In this document: piece by piece, positions 1 through 13,690 of the stretch
How positions within the stretch are numbered: the stretch's first letter is position 1
Layout of the letters: every line of letters begins with the position of its first letter
Origin: Leucoraja erinacea
Lineage: Eukaryota
DNA length: 63,733 nt
Direction of reading: 5' to 3'
NCBI RefSeq assembly: GCF_028641065.1
Contig: NC_073404.1
Location: forward strand, 20,088,001 to 20,151,733
Position numbers and translations under genes: made by a program
Notes under the pieces: generated by a model
What the model was told of the DNA's origin: nothing
What the model saw: only the letters and a program-made list of their open reading frames with translations
Databases searched by the model: none

Positions 1-454
1 AGACTCTTGGGTGAAGTTGAAGCCCCTTGCACTCGCTGGCGAGTGGTGTGACCCAAAGATTAGCTCCTCTAGTATCTTTGGTGTGACCTGGTCACCAAGT
101 GGGGAGAAAGATGTTGGAACTGCCTGCCGTCGGTGCGGGTTGTTTCACGCGGCCTGTGTGTGTGTACAGCAATGTTTCCACCAAAGATTATAGAGCAGTA
201 TCTTTGGTTTCCACTATTTGGACATTTTTTTCCAAACTATCTTGGTGTAAGACCAGTGTAGAAGAATGACGATTTTGACTTTAGGAATGTTAGTCGTACT
301 CATTTTAATAACCTTCTTAGATTATAATTAATTCAGTAATCTGGGAGAGAAAGTAGCAAGGATTTTTTCTTAAAGAGATTATGCATTCAGTGAACAGAGC
401 TCTTAAATCAGATGGGTGTATCTGTGTAGCTTCATCAGTATGGAAGCTTCTATG

Positions 455-702
455 GTCTATCCAGTCTTTCTTCATAAGACAGTCCTGACATCCCAGGAAT
501 CAGTCTGGTGAACCGTTCTCTGCACTCCCTCTATGGCAATAACCTATTTGTAGATGAGATGGATCCCCCTAGCCACAAGGCCACATCTAACTCCCCCTTA
601 AATATAGCCAATGAACTGGCCTCAACTACCCTCTGTGGCAGAGAGTTCCAGAGATTCATCACTCTCTGCGTGAAAAAGTTCTTCTCATCTCGGTTTTAAA
701 GG
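455..702 (-). mobile_element. CR1 LINE fragment
   Basis: CTCTGTGGCAGAGAGTTCCAGAGATTCATC, the reverse complement of the CR1 VNLWNSLP motif. Confidence 0.7.
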
Positions 703-3104
703 ATAGGTGATGCTAATGCTTCTGTTCAAAGTCGGATTGTCTGCCTACAAAACTCAGACCCTGTACAACTGCAGTAGTAAACTCTCTGCTCTTCACTTTT
801 GATTCGCTTTTTTTTCTGCTAAGTCAATAACCATGCAAAGTATCTCCCCCTTTTGACATTTAGATAATTCTGTCTGTTTTTGATCAAAAGGGGCTATATG
901 CATTGCCAAAATTGCCCCAAAGCCTATTCAGCAGTCTCCTAGCAATTATTAGTGTCATTTGGAGAGTCCAGATCATTAATATATGTGAGCTGGGGCCCAG
1001 TACTGAGCCTTGACCCCACTAGTCAGTACTTGAAAAGGGTAAGGTACTCCTCAGGTTTGCCAGCCATATCCACACAATATGAACCCCCAATATCTCTAGT
1101 TTGAAATTTCTTATTGTTGACGAAATGGGTTATCACAAAACACGCTATGGACATTTTATGAATTCAATTTAATGGCATGCTGGTATGTTCTTAACTAGAG
1201 ATTTTTGCATAAGTGGTCTCCAATATAAAACCTTCATAAATGTTACCTGCCAAGCTGAAAGCTTCTTGTTAGTGCCACAGTGCACCCACATTAAGTGTGA
1301 AGAAAGATATTTATTTCGTGCATGCTTTGTTTTTTTGACTTAGCCAAGACTTCTGCACTTGAACTGGAAATGAACACACTTGGCCATTGAGGGTATCTGA
1401 AGCTGTCACAATTCCCACAGTTGTATATTCTGCCTGCGCTTGCACTCCATCCAGCCTTGTTTGAAATACCATATGGCCACAATTTGTCACAAATGAATCA
1501 AAGATCTCGGCATTCAAATCACATGCGCAGAGAAAATAGGAGCAGGAGTAAGCCCTTCGAGCCAGCACTGTCATTCAATATGGCCATGCAAAATCAGTAC
1601 CTCGTTCCTGCTTTCTCCCCATATCCCTTGATTCTGTTAGCCCTAAGAGCTATATCTAAAGGTCCTGTCCCACTCTCTCTTTCTCATATTTCTCTCTAAG
1701 AATATGGAGAGAAGAGCAGGGTGTACTGGAAAAATGATTCGATTTTGAGAAACATCTGAAAATACCTTTGATCAATGAATTCTGTGCAATATGTAAAAGT
1801 AGTACAAAATATAAATTCTTGAAAATATGAACTGGGAAAGTAGTTCAGAAATCAAAGGTGTGAGCCTAAAATGTGGCTCCATTAAGGTTGCCCTTCACAA
1901 TGTGCCTTGGGCCATTTTGCATGTCTGCAAAGGATCAGACCTGACTGAAAGTTCTCAGCAGAAGATATAGATATGCCATTTATTGTCACTATACATGTAC
2001 AGTGAAAATGAAAGCTGCTCGTACTCAGTGCATACATACAATTTAGCACAAAAAACAAGAAACAGAAAAAACAAAAAACAGAAGGGAGAAGGGGGGGGGA
2101 TGGGGGCGGGAATAGGTGCACAATTTCTGCGGCGCTACATACATATATACATAGAAAGGTAGTACATTGGTCAGCAAAGTACTCCCTTTGGTCTTCGCAC
2201 TGACATGGCAGCCTATCTCATGTCCTCGACCGCTAACAACTCTTTGACTCAGCCAGAGCTGCTGCTCTGGAACTTGAAAAGTGCACCAAACTGCACTTTG
2301 TCCTTTGATCGGAAATGACAGCCAAGCAAGGGATATTGGAAGGAAAAAGGAGCACCCAGAAGAAAATATGATCATTAGTAAATCTTCAATGGATTTCAAG
2401 GACATGTTAGATTGAACTTTCTGCTTTTAGCACGTTTAACAATTTTGACGTGCTAGTTCTAACCAAAATGTCAGTGATAACCCCACAGTTCCCCAACCTG
2501 GGCAGTGACTGACTGCCTTGTCATCTCAGATTTGCATATTTCCTGAGCTAGTGCAATTGGTCAATGTTTGCAGTGTAGTTTTTTGTTTTTTTTTTAGTCT
2601 TTTATTAAATGTGTAATAATTTGGAATGATTTTGCTTGTACAATAATATGAGCGTTTTAATTCTAGATCAATACACCAACTCCTAATATAAAAGTCATTT
2701 AAGTGCACAATCATTTCCCAATTACATTAATGGATATTTTTTTATGTCCAGAAGGTGCAGCATAATATTTGAAGCTTCCATGAAATGCTAATTAATGGAA
2801 ACTCGTAGAGATGACTGGACTGATGGCCCCAAGGTTCCTTGTGTACAATCAATCCCACCGAGCCCAGAGTACAAAAACGGAGGGAAATGCTAGCCGTCCT
2901 TTCTCACATTTCTTATTGGCCAATTACAAGAATTGTTTCAACCTTCGGCTCCTATGTCCGTTCCCTTCACGGATGCTGCTTGACTCGCTGAGTTCCTCCA
3001 GCATTTTTTATTGCTGAAGATTTCCAGAATCTGTAGTTTCTAGTGTGTGCATTCAGTACTTTTGCTTGGGCTGATCTGTGGAATAATGCATGGTCAAGTA
3101 GCAC

Positions 3105-3400
3105 GCAGCACAGAAACGGTCACTAAGCCATGCCAACCATCACTCACCCATTACACAAATCTCATTTTACGTTCCCCGTGTCCCAGCCAAATCATAGCCC
3201 CCCATCCCCCACTGGATTTTACCAGGTCTGGTGGCCATTTAACCCACTACGTGAATGTTTTGGGGATATGGGAGGAAACAGGAGCACCCAGAAGAAATTT
3301 GTGCAGTCATGGAGAAAGTGTAAATTCCACACAAAGAGCACCAGTGGTCAGGGTTAAACCCCGATCAGCGAGACAGAAGCTCGTACCACTGTGCTGCTGA
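3105..3400 (-). mobile_element. Old V-SINE (HE1-like)
   Basis: Reverse complement of the V-domain (GGGAGGAAACAGGAGCACCCAGAAGAAA). Confidence 0.65.
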
Positions 3401-4249
3401 GCAGGTTCCCCAGTGCCTGACTAGTCATAGTCATACATAATGAAAACAGACCCCTTCAGCCCAAGTTGCCCACGCCGACGAACATGTCAGATCCACACTA
3501 GTCCCGCCTGTCTGTGTTTGGCCTCTAAACCTATCCTATCCATGTACCTGTCTAAATGTTTCTTACATATTGCAATAGTACCTGCCTCAATTACCTCCTC
3601 CTGCAGCTTGTTTCATACACCCACCACCCTTTGTGTGAAAATAAACTTACCCCTCAGGTTCTTGTTAAATCTTTCCCCCCCCTTGCCTTAAACCTATATC
3701 CTCTGGTTCTCGATTTCCCCTACTCTAGGCAAAAGACTTGGGGCTCTGTCCAATAGGACAGAAGTGGAAATATAATTTAAGAAATGTTTTTGCTCTTCAC
3801 TGCCCGGGAGATTTTTAGTTCAGTTTTAGAAAAGTGATTGAAAACCATGCTGCTTGAAATGCGAAATAAAGCAGAAAACATCATGGCAGAGTCTGAAGAG
3901 CTTAAAGCTTCGGGTATTTTTGAATTGCCAACTTTGGTTTATTTTTCTCAGGCTTTCAATAACATGACCTACTGCCTCAACCGCCCTGCCAATCAAACCA
4001 TCCAGTACTGCTGCTCCAAGATTTTTTGACGTCGAAATTTGATGTTATTGCCCGTAGTGATTTCTTTTGTGCGTCCTTCACGGCATCGACTAGGAGATTA
4101 ATCCTTTATTGCGGGCTAACCTGAACACTTGACAATTCCATTTCCAGGGATGGAAAATGCAACCTGTCTTTTGTATCTCTGTATTTCAATGGACTTGCTG
4201 AATGGCAATGATTTCTTTTCTGGGACTTTTGAGTACAAAGTTAGTCAAA

Positions 4250-4538
4250 GGCGACACCGTGGCACAGCGTTGGAGTTGCTGCCTTGCAGTGTTAGAGACC
4301 CTGGTTCAATCGTGACTATGGATCCTCTCAGTACATTCTCTCCGTGACCTGCGTGGGGTTTCTTTGGGTGCTCCGGTTTCCTCCCATGTTCCAAAGCCAT
4401 ACAGGTTTGTAGGTTAATTGGCTTAGTATAGTTGTAAATTGTCCCTAGTGTGCGTGGGATAGTGTTGGTGTGCAGGGATCGGTGGTCGGTGTAGACTCGG
4501 TGGGCTGAAAGGTCTGTTTCCACGCTGTATCCCTAAAC
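4250..4538 (+). mobile_element. tRNA-derived V-SINE (HE1-like)
   Basis: A box TGGCACAGCGTTGG, B box GGTTCAATCG, V-domain CTCCGGTTTCCTCCCA, CR1-like tail. Confidence 0.85.
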
Positions 4539-4550
4539 TGACTAATTAAC

Positions 4551-4746
4551 TGTTTAAGAAGGGACTGCAGATGCTGGAAAATCGAAGGTACACAAAAAAG
4601 CTGGAGAAACTCAGTGGGTGCAGCAGCATCTATGGAGCGAAGGAAATAGGCAACGTTTCGGGACGAAACCCTTCTTAAGACTTCGGCTCGAAACGTTGCC
4701 TATTTCCTTCGCTGCTGCACCCGCTGAGTTTCTCCAGCTTTTTTGT
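4551..4746. mobile_element. Penelope-derived foldback insertion
   Basis: Two inverted pseudo-LTR fragments. TSD CTAATTAAC at 4542-4550 and 4747-4755. Confidence 0.8.
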
Positions 4747-5800
4747 CTAATTAACCGCCTCTTGCTGTGTTGGACTGGGGGTGATCGTATTAAATAATGT
4801 CCCAGAAAAATCCAATGTGGATAAAACATTTTAGGTTTGGGAATCTAATCAAAACAGTCACTGTACTAAATGTAGTGATTAAAATGGGTTCCTTCTTCCT
4901 TGCTGGATTAGCATCAATTAGCAAAAAACATTGCTAATGCACTATTTAAAAGGTAGATAGGAGCTAATCAGATTTTATTGGTTGAGAGAATATCCTAATC
5001 CTACAGGAAATAAATGCTGATCATTTATTCATTGTCCAGTGCCAGCAAAATGATGCCAAATAATAGCACTTAATTATGAGTCAACATCAATATAGAGTTC
5101 CCTCTGCTCCAATTTCTACTCACTGCACTTCAATAAAAGGTTTCTAGCTAATCTATATTGATTGAAATACAAATGCAGGCTATTGGAAGTGGTTGCTTTT
5201 GGGATGGATTCCTGAGAAACAGCTCTGCTGAATCCACCCATTGTCTGGGCCCACAGAGAGCAACTGGCTGTTAGAAATTGAAACCGAGGGAATCCACACA
5301 TCTTCAGAGAAAACATAATATAATAATATTTATCATATACATAATCTTTGCATAATTTTTGTCGACATGATAACAGCATGGGCTACAATGTTTTCAAAAG
5401 CCCGCTCAAATATCTTTGTTGTAAATTAAATATATACCTATGGTGATGTAGCATGAAAGATTGTTATATTTATGTTAAAGCCAATTAAAAAAATTATGAA
5501 TCTCTACATTGAAATAAAAACAAATATTTGGTTAGGCAGCCTCTGTCTAGAGAAAAACTGCATTATGTTTCAAACTTTTGGGTGTGTATAAGAATGACGA
5601 TGATTCTCTCAGGAAAACGATGACATAGCCCCCTTATTGCCAGCCCTCGTATATAAGGTCATTGATCATTTAGAAGGTAGGAAACCATTACGATGAGTTC
5701 AGTGGCTATCAATGTCAGCTTTACTGTTGCACTCTCTTAAGCCCAGTGAAGATCTACAAGATGCAGCTCTTGATGCAATGCATTCTTACCTACACCACTT

Positions 5801-6100
5801 GGTCATGGTGGTGGTGCAGCGGTAAGAGGTGCTTCCTTTAAGCGCCGGAGACCCGGGTTCGATCCCGACTATGGGTGCTGTCTGTACGGAGTTTGGACGT
5901 TCTCCCCGTGGCTGGGTGGGTTTTCTCAGAGATCTTCGGTTTCCTCCTATACTCCAAAAACGTCCAGGTATGTAGGTTAATTGGCTTGGTGTATGTGTAA
6001 ATTGTCCCTAGTGTGTGTAGGATAGTGTTAATATGCGGGGATTGCTGGTCGGTTTGGACTCGGTGGGTCAAAGGGCCTGTGTCCGTGCTTTATCTCTAAA
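5801..6100 (+). mobile_element. tRNA-derived V-SINE (HE1-like)
   Basis: A box TGGTGCAGCGG, B box GGTTCGATCCC, V-domain, CTCTAAA tail. Confidence 0.88.
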
Positions 6101-6838
6101 CCATCTGATAATATCCTTCAAACCCCTATATACAATTATCACAGGATGTTTTATCTAATGTTTTCTCTGAAGACCAGTTCATTCAATTTGCTTGTAATTA
6201 ATTTATTTTCTACTATTTTGGACATTTCAACGTTCTATTCGTTTTTTAATTTTCTTTACTGCTTGGTCACATTAAGCATTGCGTTTAATGAGATCTCTTC
6301 ATCCTTGGTTATCTTAGCAACTTTAATGTTGCCCCCTTTCAGTCAATTATGTTTCATGGAGCTGATGAGAATCCACATGGGACGTTTTTTAATCTATGTT
6401 GAAATTAAGCTTGGTGAAGATTGTGTTCATATGCAGGATTTCTAAGGCTATTCTCTTCATTTCAGCTTTTTTTTGTGTGATTCATTTGCAATCATGTTTT
6501 GGAAGAAGTTCCCAGCTTTAAATAACTAATTATTCTACCTTTGTAAAGACAGTTCATTTTCTTATGGAAATAAGAAAGTTATACATAATAAGTTATACTG
6601 ATGATTAATATGCACTAAGGGTTGGATGCTTGCACCAAGTTATCATAGGGAAATAAGTTGGCCCCAAACATCTTTTGGTTTGTAATAGGTGAAAAGCTGA
6701 AAGGAATCCTGAAGTGTTTATGCAACCAAGATGTTATTCTCGTTGCCTTGGAGACAGAAAGCAGCACTTGATGGTGTCGAGTGCGATGCAATATTTACCA
6801 GGTTGTGCGGACCTGAGCTGGGACCTCTGCTGTTTGTG

Positions 6839-6856
6839 ATATATATATTTGTGTGT

Positions 6857-6905
<49 letters not shown>
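6839..6905. repeat. Compound (AT)n/(GT)n microsatellite
   Basis: Directly visible, inside the CR1 fragment. Confidence 0.95.
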
Positions 6906-7709
6906 AATGACGTGGACGGGTTAGTAAGTTTGCAGATAACACCAACATTTCTGGGGTCGCAGACTGTGAGGAAGGCTGTCGCAAAGTACAGCAGGATATA
7001 GATCAGCTACAGAAATGGGTGGAGAAATGGCAGATGGAGTTTAATCAGAGAAAACAAGGTGGTGTACTTGGGGTGGTCAAATGTAAGGGGGAAATATACA
7101 ATTAATGGCATGACCCTTAATAGCATTGATTGGGATCCAAGTCCATAACTCTCTGAAAGTGGCAATGCAAGTAGATAGCGTGCTGAGGAAGGCACGTTTA
7201 CTTTCATAGGTCAGGGCATTGCGTGTAAGGGTCAGGAAGTGGTGATGCAGCTTTATAGGACTTTTGCATGAAGTACTGGTGATCCTATTGCAAGAAGGAT
7301 GTGCAGGCTATGGAAAGAGTGCAGAGGAGATTAGCTAAAATGATAGACACAAAATGTTGGAGGAACTGAGTGGGCCAGGCAGCATCTCTGGAGAGAAGGA
7401 ATGGGTGTCGTTTCGGATCAAGACTCTTCGGACTGAAAGTCACGGGAAAGGATGCCTGAATCGGGTAGTATCAATACAGGGAGTCGTTGGACAGGCGTAG
7501 ATGGGTTTCAACTGAAGTATATAAAATTATGAGGCAGTCAGACCTTTTTTTCCAAGAATGAAAAAATCAAATACTAAAGGACATCATTTTAAGTTGCGAG
7601 GGGCAAATTTTAAAGAGATGTGTGGGAGAAGTTTTTTAACACTGGGTGGAGATTACCTGAAAGGTGCTGCCAGTGTAGGTGATTGAGGCAGGTGTGACAG
7701 TGGCATTTA

Positions 7710-8527
7710 GATTCAGATTCAGATTCAGATTCAATTTTAATTGTCATTGTCAGTGTACAGTACAAGAGACAACGAAATGCATTTAGCATCTCCCTTGAAG
7801 AGCGACATAGCAAACGATTTGAATAAAAAATAATAAGTGTCCGGGGGGGGGGTGATTGGCAGTCACCGAGGTACGTTGTTGAGTAGAGTGACAGCCGCTG
7901 GAAAGAAGCTGTTCCTTGACCTGCTGGTTCGGCAACGGAGAGACCTGTAGCGCCTCCCGGATGGTAGGAGGGTAAACAGTCCATGGTTGGGGTGAGAGCA
8001 GTCCTTGGCGATGCTGAGCGCCCTCTGCAGACAGCGCTTGCTTTGGACAGACTCAATGGAGGGGAGCGTGGAACCGGTGATGCGTTGGGCAATTTTCACC
8101 ACCCTCTGCAATGCCTTCCGGTCGGAGACAGAGCAGTTGCCATACCATACTGTGATGCAGTTGGTAAGGATGCTCTCGATGGTACAGCGGTAGAAGTTCA
8201 CCAGGATCTGAGGAGACAGATGGACCTTCTTCAGTCTCCTCAGGAAGAAGAGACGCTGATGAGCCTTCTTGATCAGAGTAGAGGTATTGTGGGTCCAAGA
8301 GAGGTCATCGGAGATGTTGACTCCCAGGAACCTGAAGCTAGAAACACGTTCCACCTCCGTCCCGTTGATGTGGATGGGGGTGTGCGTGTCGCCTCTAGAC
8401 TTCCTGAAGTCTACAATGAGCTCCTTGGTCTTCTTGGAGTTAAGGGCCAGGTTGTTGTCAGCGCACCATGCTGTTAAGTGCTGGACCTCCTCCCTGTAGG
8501 CCAGCTCATCGTTGTTGCTGATGAGGC
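7710..8527 (-). mobile_element. Young 5'-truncated Rex1/Babar LINE (C-terminal RT and downstream domain), nested in CR1
   Basis: Uninterrupted ORF ...KTKELIVDFRK...FRFLGVNIS...KKAHQRLFFLRRLKK...NSFFPAAVTLLN. (TGAATC)n tail. TSD CATTTA at 7704-7709 and 8528-8533. Confidence 0.92.
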
Positions 8528-8929
8528 CATTTAAGAGCCATTTCAATAGCACTATGGATATGTAAGGAATGGAAGGATATTGATTAAGTGCAAGCACATT
8601 AGAGATGGTCTTGGCATCATGGACATTGTGGGACGAAGGGCCTGTTCTTTTGCTGTGCTGAATTATTTTCAGCCCTTTCACAGGTTATTGCAAAAAATAA
8701 GGGTTTGTCTATGGGGTGAAGTATAATCAAAGGCAGCTAGGTTTTGTAGAACTAACTGGTGAATCTTTTTGGGTTCATCATGACGGTACAAAAATCAGTA
8801 TAACTGTCATATAATGAATCTGACTTTGGGGTAGGTGTGGGTATCACTTGTGTTATAGAATCTATGAACAACTAACTTGCATTTGTCTCTTGCACCCTCC
8901 AGTCCAGTAAGGATAATTATGTCATGATT

Positions 8930-9680
8930 GAAAGAGGTTGTGACCATTATTGGTGGGATTACTCTGTTATTGAAAGTTCTCATTTGCAGGCATTTTTCTC
9001 TGGTCATGGACCTTAAAACTGATTTCTGGAACAAAATTGTCTATTCCAACTATGGAGGCAGCATGACCATAACAATGGTGTTGCACTTGGATTACCCCTC
9101 TACATAATTGGACAATTGATAGAATGGTTGTCTGGTCACCTGATAGTGACTGAGGAGACCAAACCCTTCCGGTGATGGCCACGTGGACCGCTAGCGAGTC
9201 AACGTTACCTAAAGCAAACCCTAGTTCCGATATCTGACGTACATGCACTCCGCTTTTGGGAATTGTTCAGAAGATGGTGTTGGCCAGAGGTTGATCAAGA
9301 TCTTGAATGTCCTGAAAACCTGGACTACGTACAGGCCACAATGATGCAGCTATGTTGCAGCCAGTTCTTCTCCTTGAGCATGTGTGTTGACTTCTTTCAT
9401 TGTTATTGGACTATTTTCTTGTGCTGGTCGACAGTAGCGCTTCCAATCTCTCTAAGTGGCTATTACAATTCTGCATCCCCTATAGTATGGACATTAGACC
9501 CTTGGGGTTCTTACATGACACGTTATCCCTACATTACAGGGTTACTAGGTCCCCAGTTCAGGTCCGAGCAGTTTCACTCTGAAGAAAGCTGATGTACTGT
9601 AACATCCCCATATCATTCTCTGAGTGATGAGGAGGAGGAATGTTCTGTCCACATGGTGAAGGAAATTTTGAAGTGATAGC
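8930..9680 (+). mobile_element. Highly degenerate Ty3/Gypsy pol remnant (RNase H-integrase)
   Basis: Frameshifted motifs in the expected order: RHFSLVMDLK/IPTMEAA, WCWPEVDQDLE, DYFLVLVDS..SKW, GPQFRSEQF and TSPYHSLSDEEEECSVHMVKEILK. Confidence 0.7.
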
Positions 9681-10486
9681 CTTTGGATAGAGGGTCCAAA
9701 TTATTATTCAATTATCAGCTGCCATTCTTTATATCATTCATACCATCAAAAATTCCCTGGATGAGATACTGATGGTCCATGATTATGGATATGTTTAAAC
9801 TTGGGTAGCCCAAATTGGAAGGGAGAAAACCACTGGAGGAGAATAGGTGCTTACAGGTTGCATGGTGGGAAAGAGATGGTCTCCCCTGCAGGAGCCACAG
9901 AGTACACTGACCACCAAGTCGTGGGGGATAATCAAGATGCAGTTTTGGGAAGATTGTAGAAAGACTCCGGTAATACATGTATATGCATCTCCAATATCAA
10001 ATCTCCAATATCAATAGCCGCTGAGTTACTCCAGCTTTTTGTATCTATCTCCAATATCAAAAGATTTGTGTTTTTACATTTTTAGAACGATGTGCAGATT
10101 GGATTATAGCATCAACTCCATGATACAGCCACTGCTGGACAGGGCATGGGTCTGAAGACAGCAGAGCCCAAAACTGAATAGATGATACAGGTCCTATTGG
10201 CAGAGGTAATCCTTCAGAGTTTAGGCCATCTGGAAAGGTCACCACAAGGAGAACAAAAAGATCTTATTTTAATTGAGGAGATCTCAGATGTTAAGAAACT
10301 CAGCAGATTGACTGAAATCATTGCTGATAACTGTATTTGTATGTAAATGTTACTTAGAATTATATAAATAGTTGTATACATGGAGGCAATGGTGCTTTGG
10401 TTCAAATGCCAAATACATAATTTGTTCGAGAGTTGTGTACCTATGTATGATTAATAATATTTTGAAATAGCAGCCATTCCTATTAT

Positions 10487-10690
10487 AGACACAAAAAGCT
10501 GGATTAACTCATCGGGACAGGCAGCATCTATGGTGAGAAGGAATGGGTGACGTTTCGGGTTGAGACCCTTCTTCAGATGGATGTTGGGGGGGGGGGGGGG
10601 GAAGAAAGGAAGAGGTGGAGACAGTTGGCTTGTGGGAGAGCTGGGAAAGGGGAGGGGAAGGAGGGAGAAAGCAAAGACTATCTGAAATGA
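10487..10690 (-). mobile_element. Penelope pseudo-LTR fragment with intact hammerhead core (10545-10578)
   Basis: Minus strand CTGAAGA-A-GGGTCTCAACCC-GAAAC-GTC-ACCC. Confidence 0.75.
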
Positions 10691-12724
10691 TAGGTAAGTC
10701 AGTTCTGAATCCAATTCATCAAGTTACTGTAGATCCCAGGAATCTTAATCTTCCTGATCCGTTTACGATAAGGGACTTTACCAAATGTCTTACTAATATC
10801 CTTATTACTTGTCTTGCTGAACAGCAACTACAAATATTGCATTCACACTACTCCTACGCGGACTCAAATTAACTGCTTATCCCCAGCCCCTGGGAGATTG
10901 CACTGGATCTCTCTTACTTGTGATTTTAATTTAATACCGTGCGATTTTGTGATGACAGTGGAGCATTTCATGTACCAAAAATCAATATTTACCAGTGCTT
11001 GGTACTTAATATGGGAACAAACTGAACTAATGAACCTGTTGTTGAGCTGTAGGTGGAAGCAAAACCTTTATCATTTCCTTCCACCAAAGCTCATTCCATG
11101 CTGGTTGACTAAACAATTGCATGCTCAGGATATTAGACATGCTGGCAGAGGGGATTTCTCGGGAACATTCGCCACCCACGCTGAGTGAGCTGCTGCTCTG
11201 TTTAGGATGCTTTTACAACCCTCGGTTCCTCTGAGAAGAAACTGAAATTATTTCTGATCGTAGTTTGTTATTGCTGGAAATGCTAATGAACGTTGAACTC
11301 TGGAGAAATAATCTCTCCACTTTTCTTTTCTCCCTCCCATTGCTCTCCTAATACGTATTGTCACAGGCAGCACACAATCTGCCCAAGGGTGGTTGCCATC
11401 TGCAGTGTTGTACACTAGGAGAACAAAGAATAAAGGCGAATAGCTCCCTTGCGCGGCATTGTGTCTGTATGCCCTATTGATCAAATGTCGAGCTGAGAAT
11501 TGATTGCATTGCGACCTCCTTTGCCTGACAACCCCTTTGTCTCACCTTTTGAGATCAGGCTATTAATACATTCAGAACTTTGATGCTGTGACTTTGTCAT
11601 TAATAAGTGATTGATGAGGCTGAGCTCTTGAACATCGGGATGGCAGATTACTGTGAAAAATGCTACTGAATGACTAAGCTGTTTTGAAGTGGAACCATTT
11701 CTGGATGGAGGTTGATTGCCATTGAAAATGACAAGGATGAAAATGCTTAGCTGCAGCATTTGTATTTTTCAGTTAGGTTGACATTTAGTTAATTGACCTC
11801 ACTGGTCCAGATAGTTTGCTGTCGAGTACTCCACTGACAGAGAAGAGTAGTCTTTTGCTGCTGGAAGGTGCAGATGATTGGCACACAGATGAACCACAAA
11901 CTACTCTCCAAGTGGCTTGTTAATAGTGTGCTGCAGTAGAATAGCAAACTAATGCAGGACAGAAGAGCTTGTGATTGGGCCTTTTTATTTTACAGAGGAA
12001 TGCAACTTATAATTTTCCAACTTATTTTCTTCATTTTTTAGCAATTAGTCAGTTCCTTTTGAAATTGAGTTAAATGTTATTTTATGGAGATTTGACTATT
12101 GGCATTAATTGCCCTTGAAAAGTTGGTGGTGAGCTGCAGTCTTGACCTGCATTCTTCCAATGAAGATATTTCTGCTGGAGAGGGAGAGCCAAGACCTAGA
12201 TGTGAGGACGATGGAGGAATAGCAATGTATATCGATGATAGTGGCATGCTACATGGGGAGATGACAGTAGGTTGTGGCATTCCTCTGCACCTGCTTCCCT
12301 CGAATTCTGTTGTAGATATCAGTAGTATGAACAATTGCCAAGGAAAGTAACTGCAGTCCATTTTTGTGTATGGTATACAGTAAGCGCTGTACTTTTAGAG
12401 ATGGATGTTTGGGATAGTGGACTACTTTGTTTTATGTAGTGTCAGGCTGCATGGGTGTTTCTGGAGTTGCACGCATCCAAGCAAATGGGAAGGATTCTGT
12501 AATGCTCCTGACGTGCCCTCGTAGGTTTTACAGTGAGTCATCTTTGCATCCTGCAGTGTATATGTGTGGCTGGTGTAGTTGCATTTCTACTCAATGATGA
12601 CCCATTCTTTCTTGTCCCCCTCCCCAACCCACCACCACCCCTAAGAATGTTGTTTGGGAGCACGGTGACAGGAATACCATTGAAATGTTAGAGTAGGTGG
12701 TTAGACACTTGTTGAGATGAGTAA

Positions 12725-13033
12725 TGGGTCGGTCTTACTGTACGAGCTAATTCGAGAGCTCTCCCGAGTTTAAAAAAAAATCAAACTCGTGGTAAGCATG
12801 TAGAATGTACGTAGCGGGTACGTCGGAGCTCGGGACATCTCTTAGCAGCTCGTAACGCTAACGGCAGGTACTCGGGAGACGCGGTAAGCTCGTGAAGACT
12901 TGTGAAGATTTTTCAACATGTTGAAAAATGTCCACATGAGCCACGAGTACCTACGAGCGGCTATTACCGTAATTCTCCGAGTTCGAATCAGGTGAAACGC
13001 GGGAGAATTAGCTCCTACAGTGGGACAGCCCCT
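12725..13033. mobile_element. PIF/Harbinger-type MITE
   Basis: Imperfect ~30-bp TIRs (ACTGTACGAGCTAATTC / GAATTAGCTCCTACAGTGGGACAGCCCCT), TAA on both sides. Internal sequence matches the 39698 copy. Confidence 0.8.
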
Positions 13034-13472
13034 TAATGCCTGGAACTTGCCACTTATCAGCGTATGCCTGGACGTTGAATTGCTTGTATTCCCTGCAGGC
13101 ATGTACGAAAAACACTGGTCAATTGCAATTCATTTTTCTGCTGTTGTCAAATGAAAGTCATGTTGACAGGTGGATGTCAAAACAGCAGAGATGCAGGAGA
13201 TTACGGGTGCTGCAATCTGGGTAGAAAAATAAACTTCTGGAGGATTAGGAAAATAAAGATACTGGAATCTGGAACAAAAAGCTAACTGCTTGGGGAGCTC
13301 ATTGGGACAGGCAGCATTTGTGGAGGGAAAGGGCATTCAACATGGGGAAATGGCACATCCAGAGGAGGGAGCTCAACCCAAAACATCAACTGTCCATTTC
13401 CCTCTGCAGGTGCTGCCTGACCCAGTTGAGTTCCTCCAGCAATTTGTTTTCTGCTCCAGATTCCAGCATCTG

Positions 13473-13690
13473 TAGAACTCTCTGCCACAGAGGGTGGTTG
13501 AGGCCTGTTCATTGGCTATATTTAAGAAAGAGTTAGATGTGGCCCTTGTGGCTAAAGGGATCGGGGGGTATGGAGAGAAGGCAGGTACAGGATAGTGAGT
13601 TGGATGATCAGCCATGATCATATTGAATGGCAGTGCAGGCTCGAAGGACCGAATGGCCTACTCCTGCACCTATTTCTATGTTTCCATCTA
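13473..13690 (+). mobile_element. CR1 3' end
   Basis: Near-identical to 24385-24527. Ends GGCCTACTCCTGCACC...TTCTATGTTTC. Confidence 0.78.

Larger units (their letters stand above)
6735..8660 (+). mobile_element. Degenerate CR1 LINE fragment interrupted by Rex1 (7710-8527)
   Basis: SKFADNT and KWVEKWQMEFN RT motifs. CR1 3' sequence continues after the insert. Confidence 0.8.

Noticed and set aside
1291-1574. Short ORFs near the window start as exons of a neighbouring gene
   Set aside because: The + strand EAVTIPTVVYSAC resembles a decayed RTE motif, and the region adjoins a CR1 tail.
3838-4029. ORF MLLEMRNKAENIMAESEELK as the FKBP6 first exon
   Set aside because: No similarity to FKBP6, and the only nearby donor is weak and phase 1.
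7863-8681. 272-aa ORF as a host gene
   Set aside because: It is Rex1 ORF sequence fused by chance to antisense CR1 sequence beyond the TSD at 8528.
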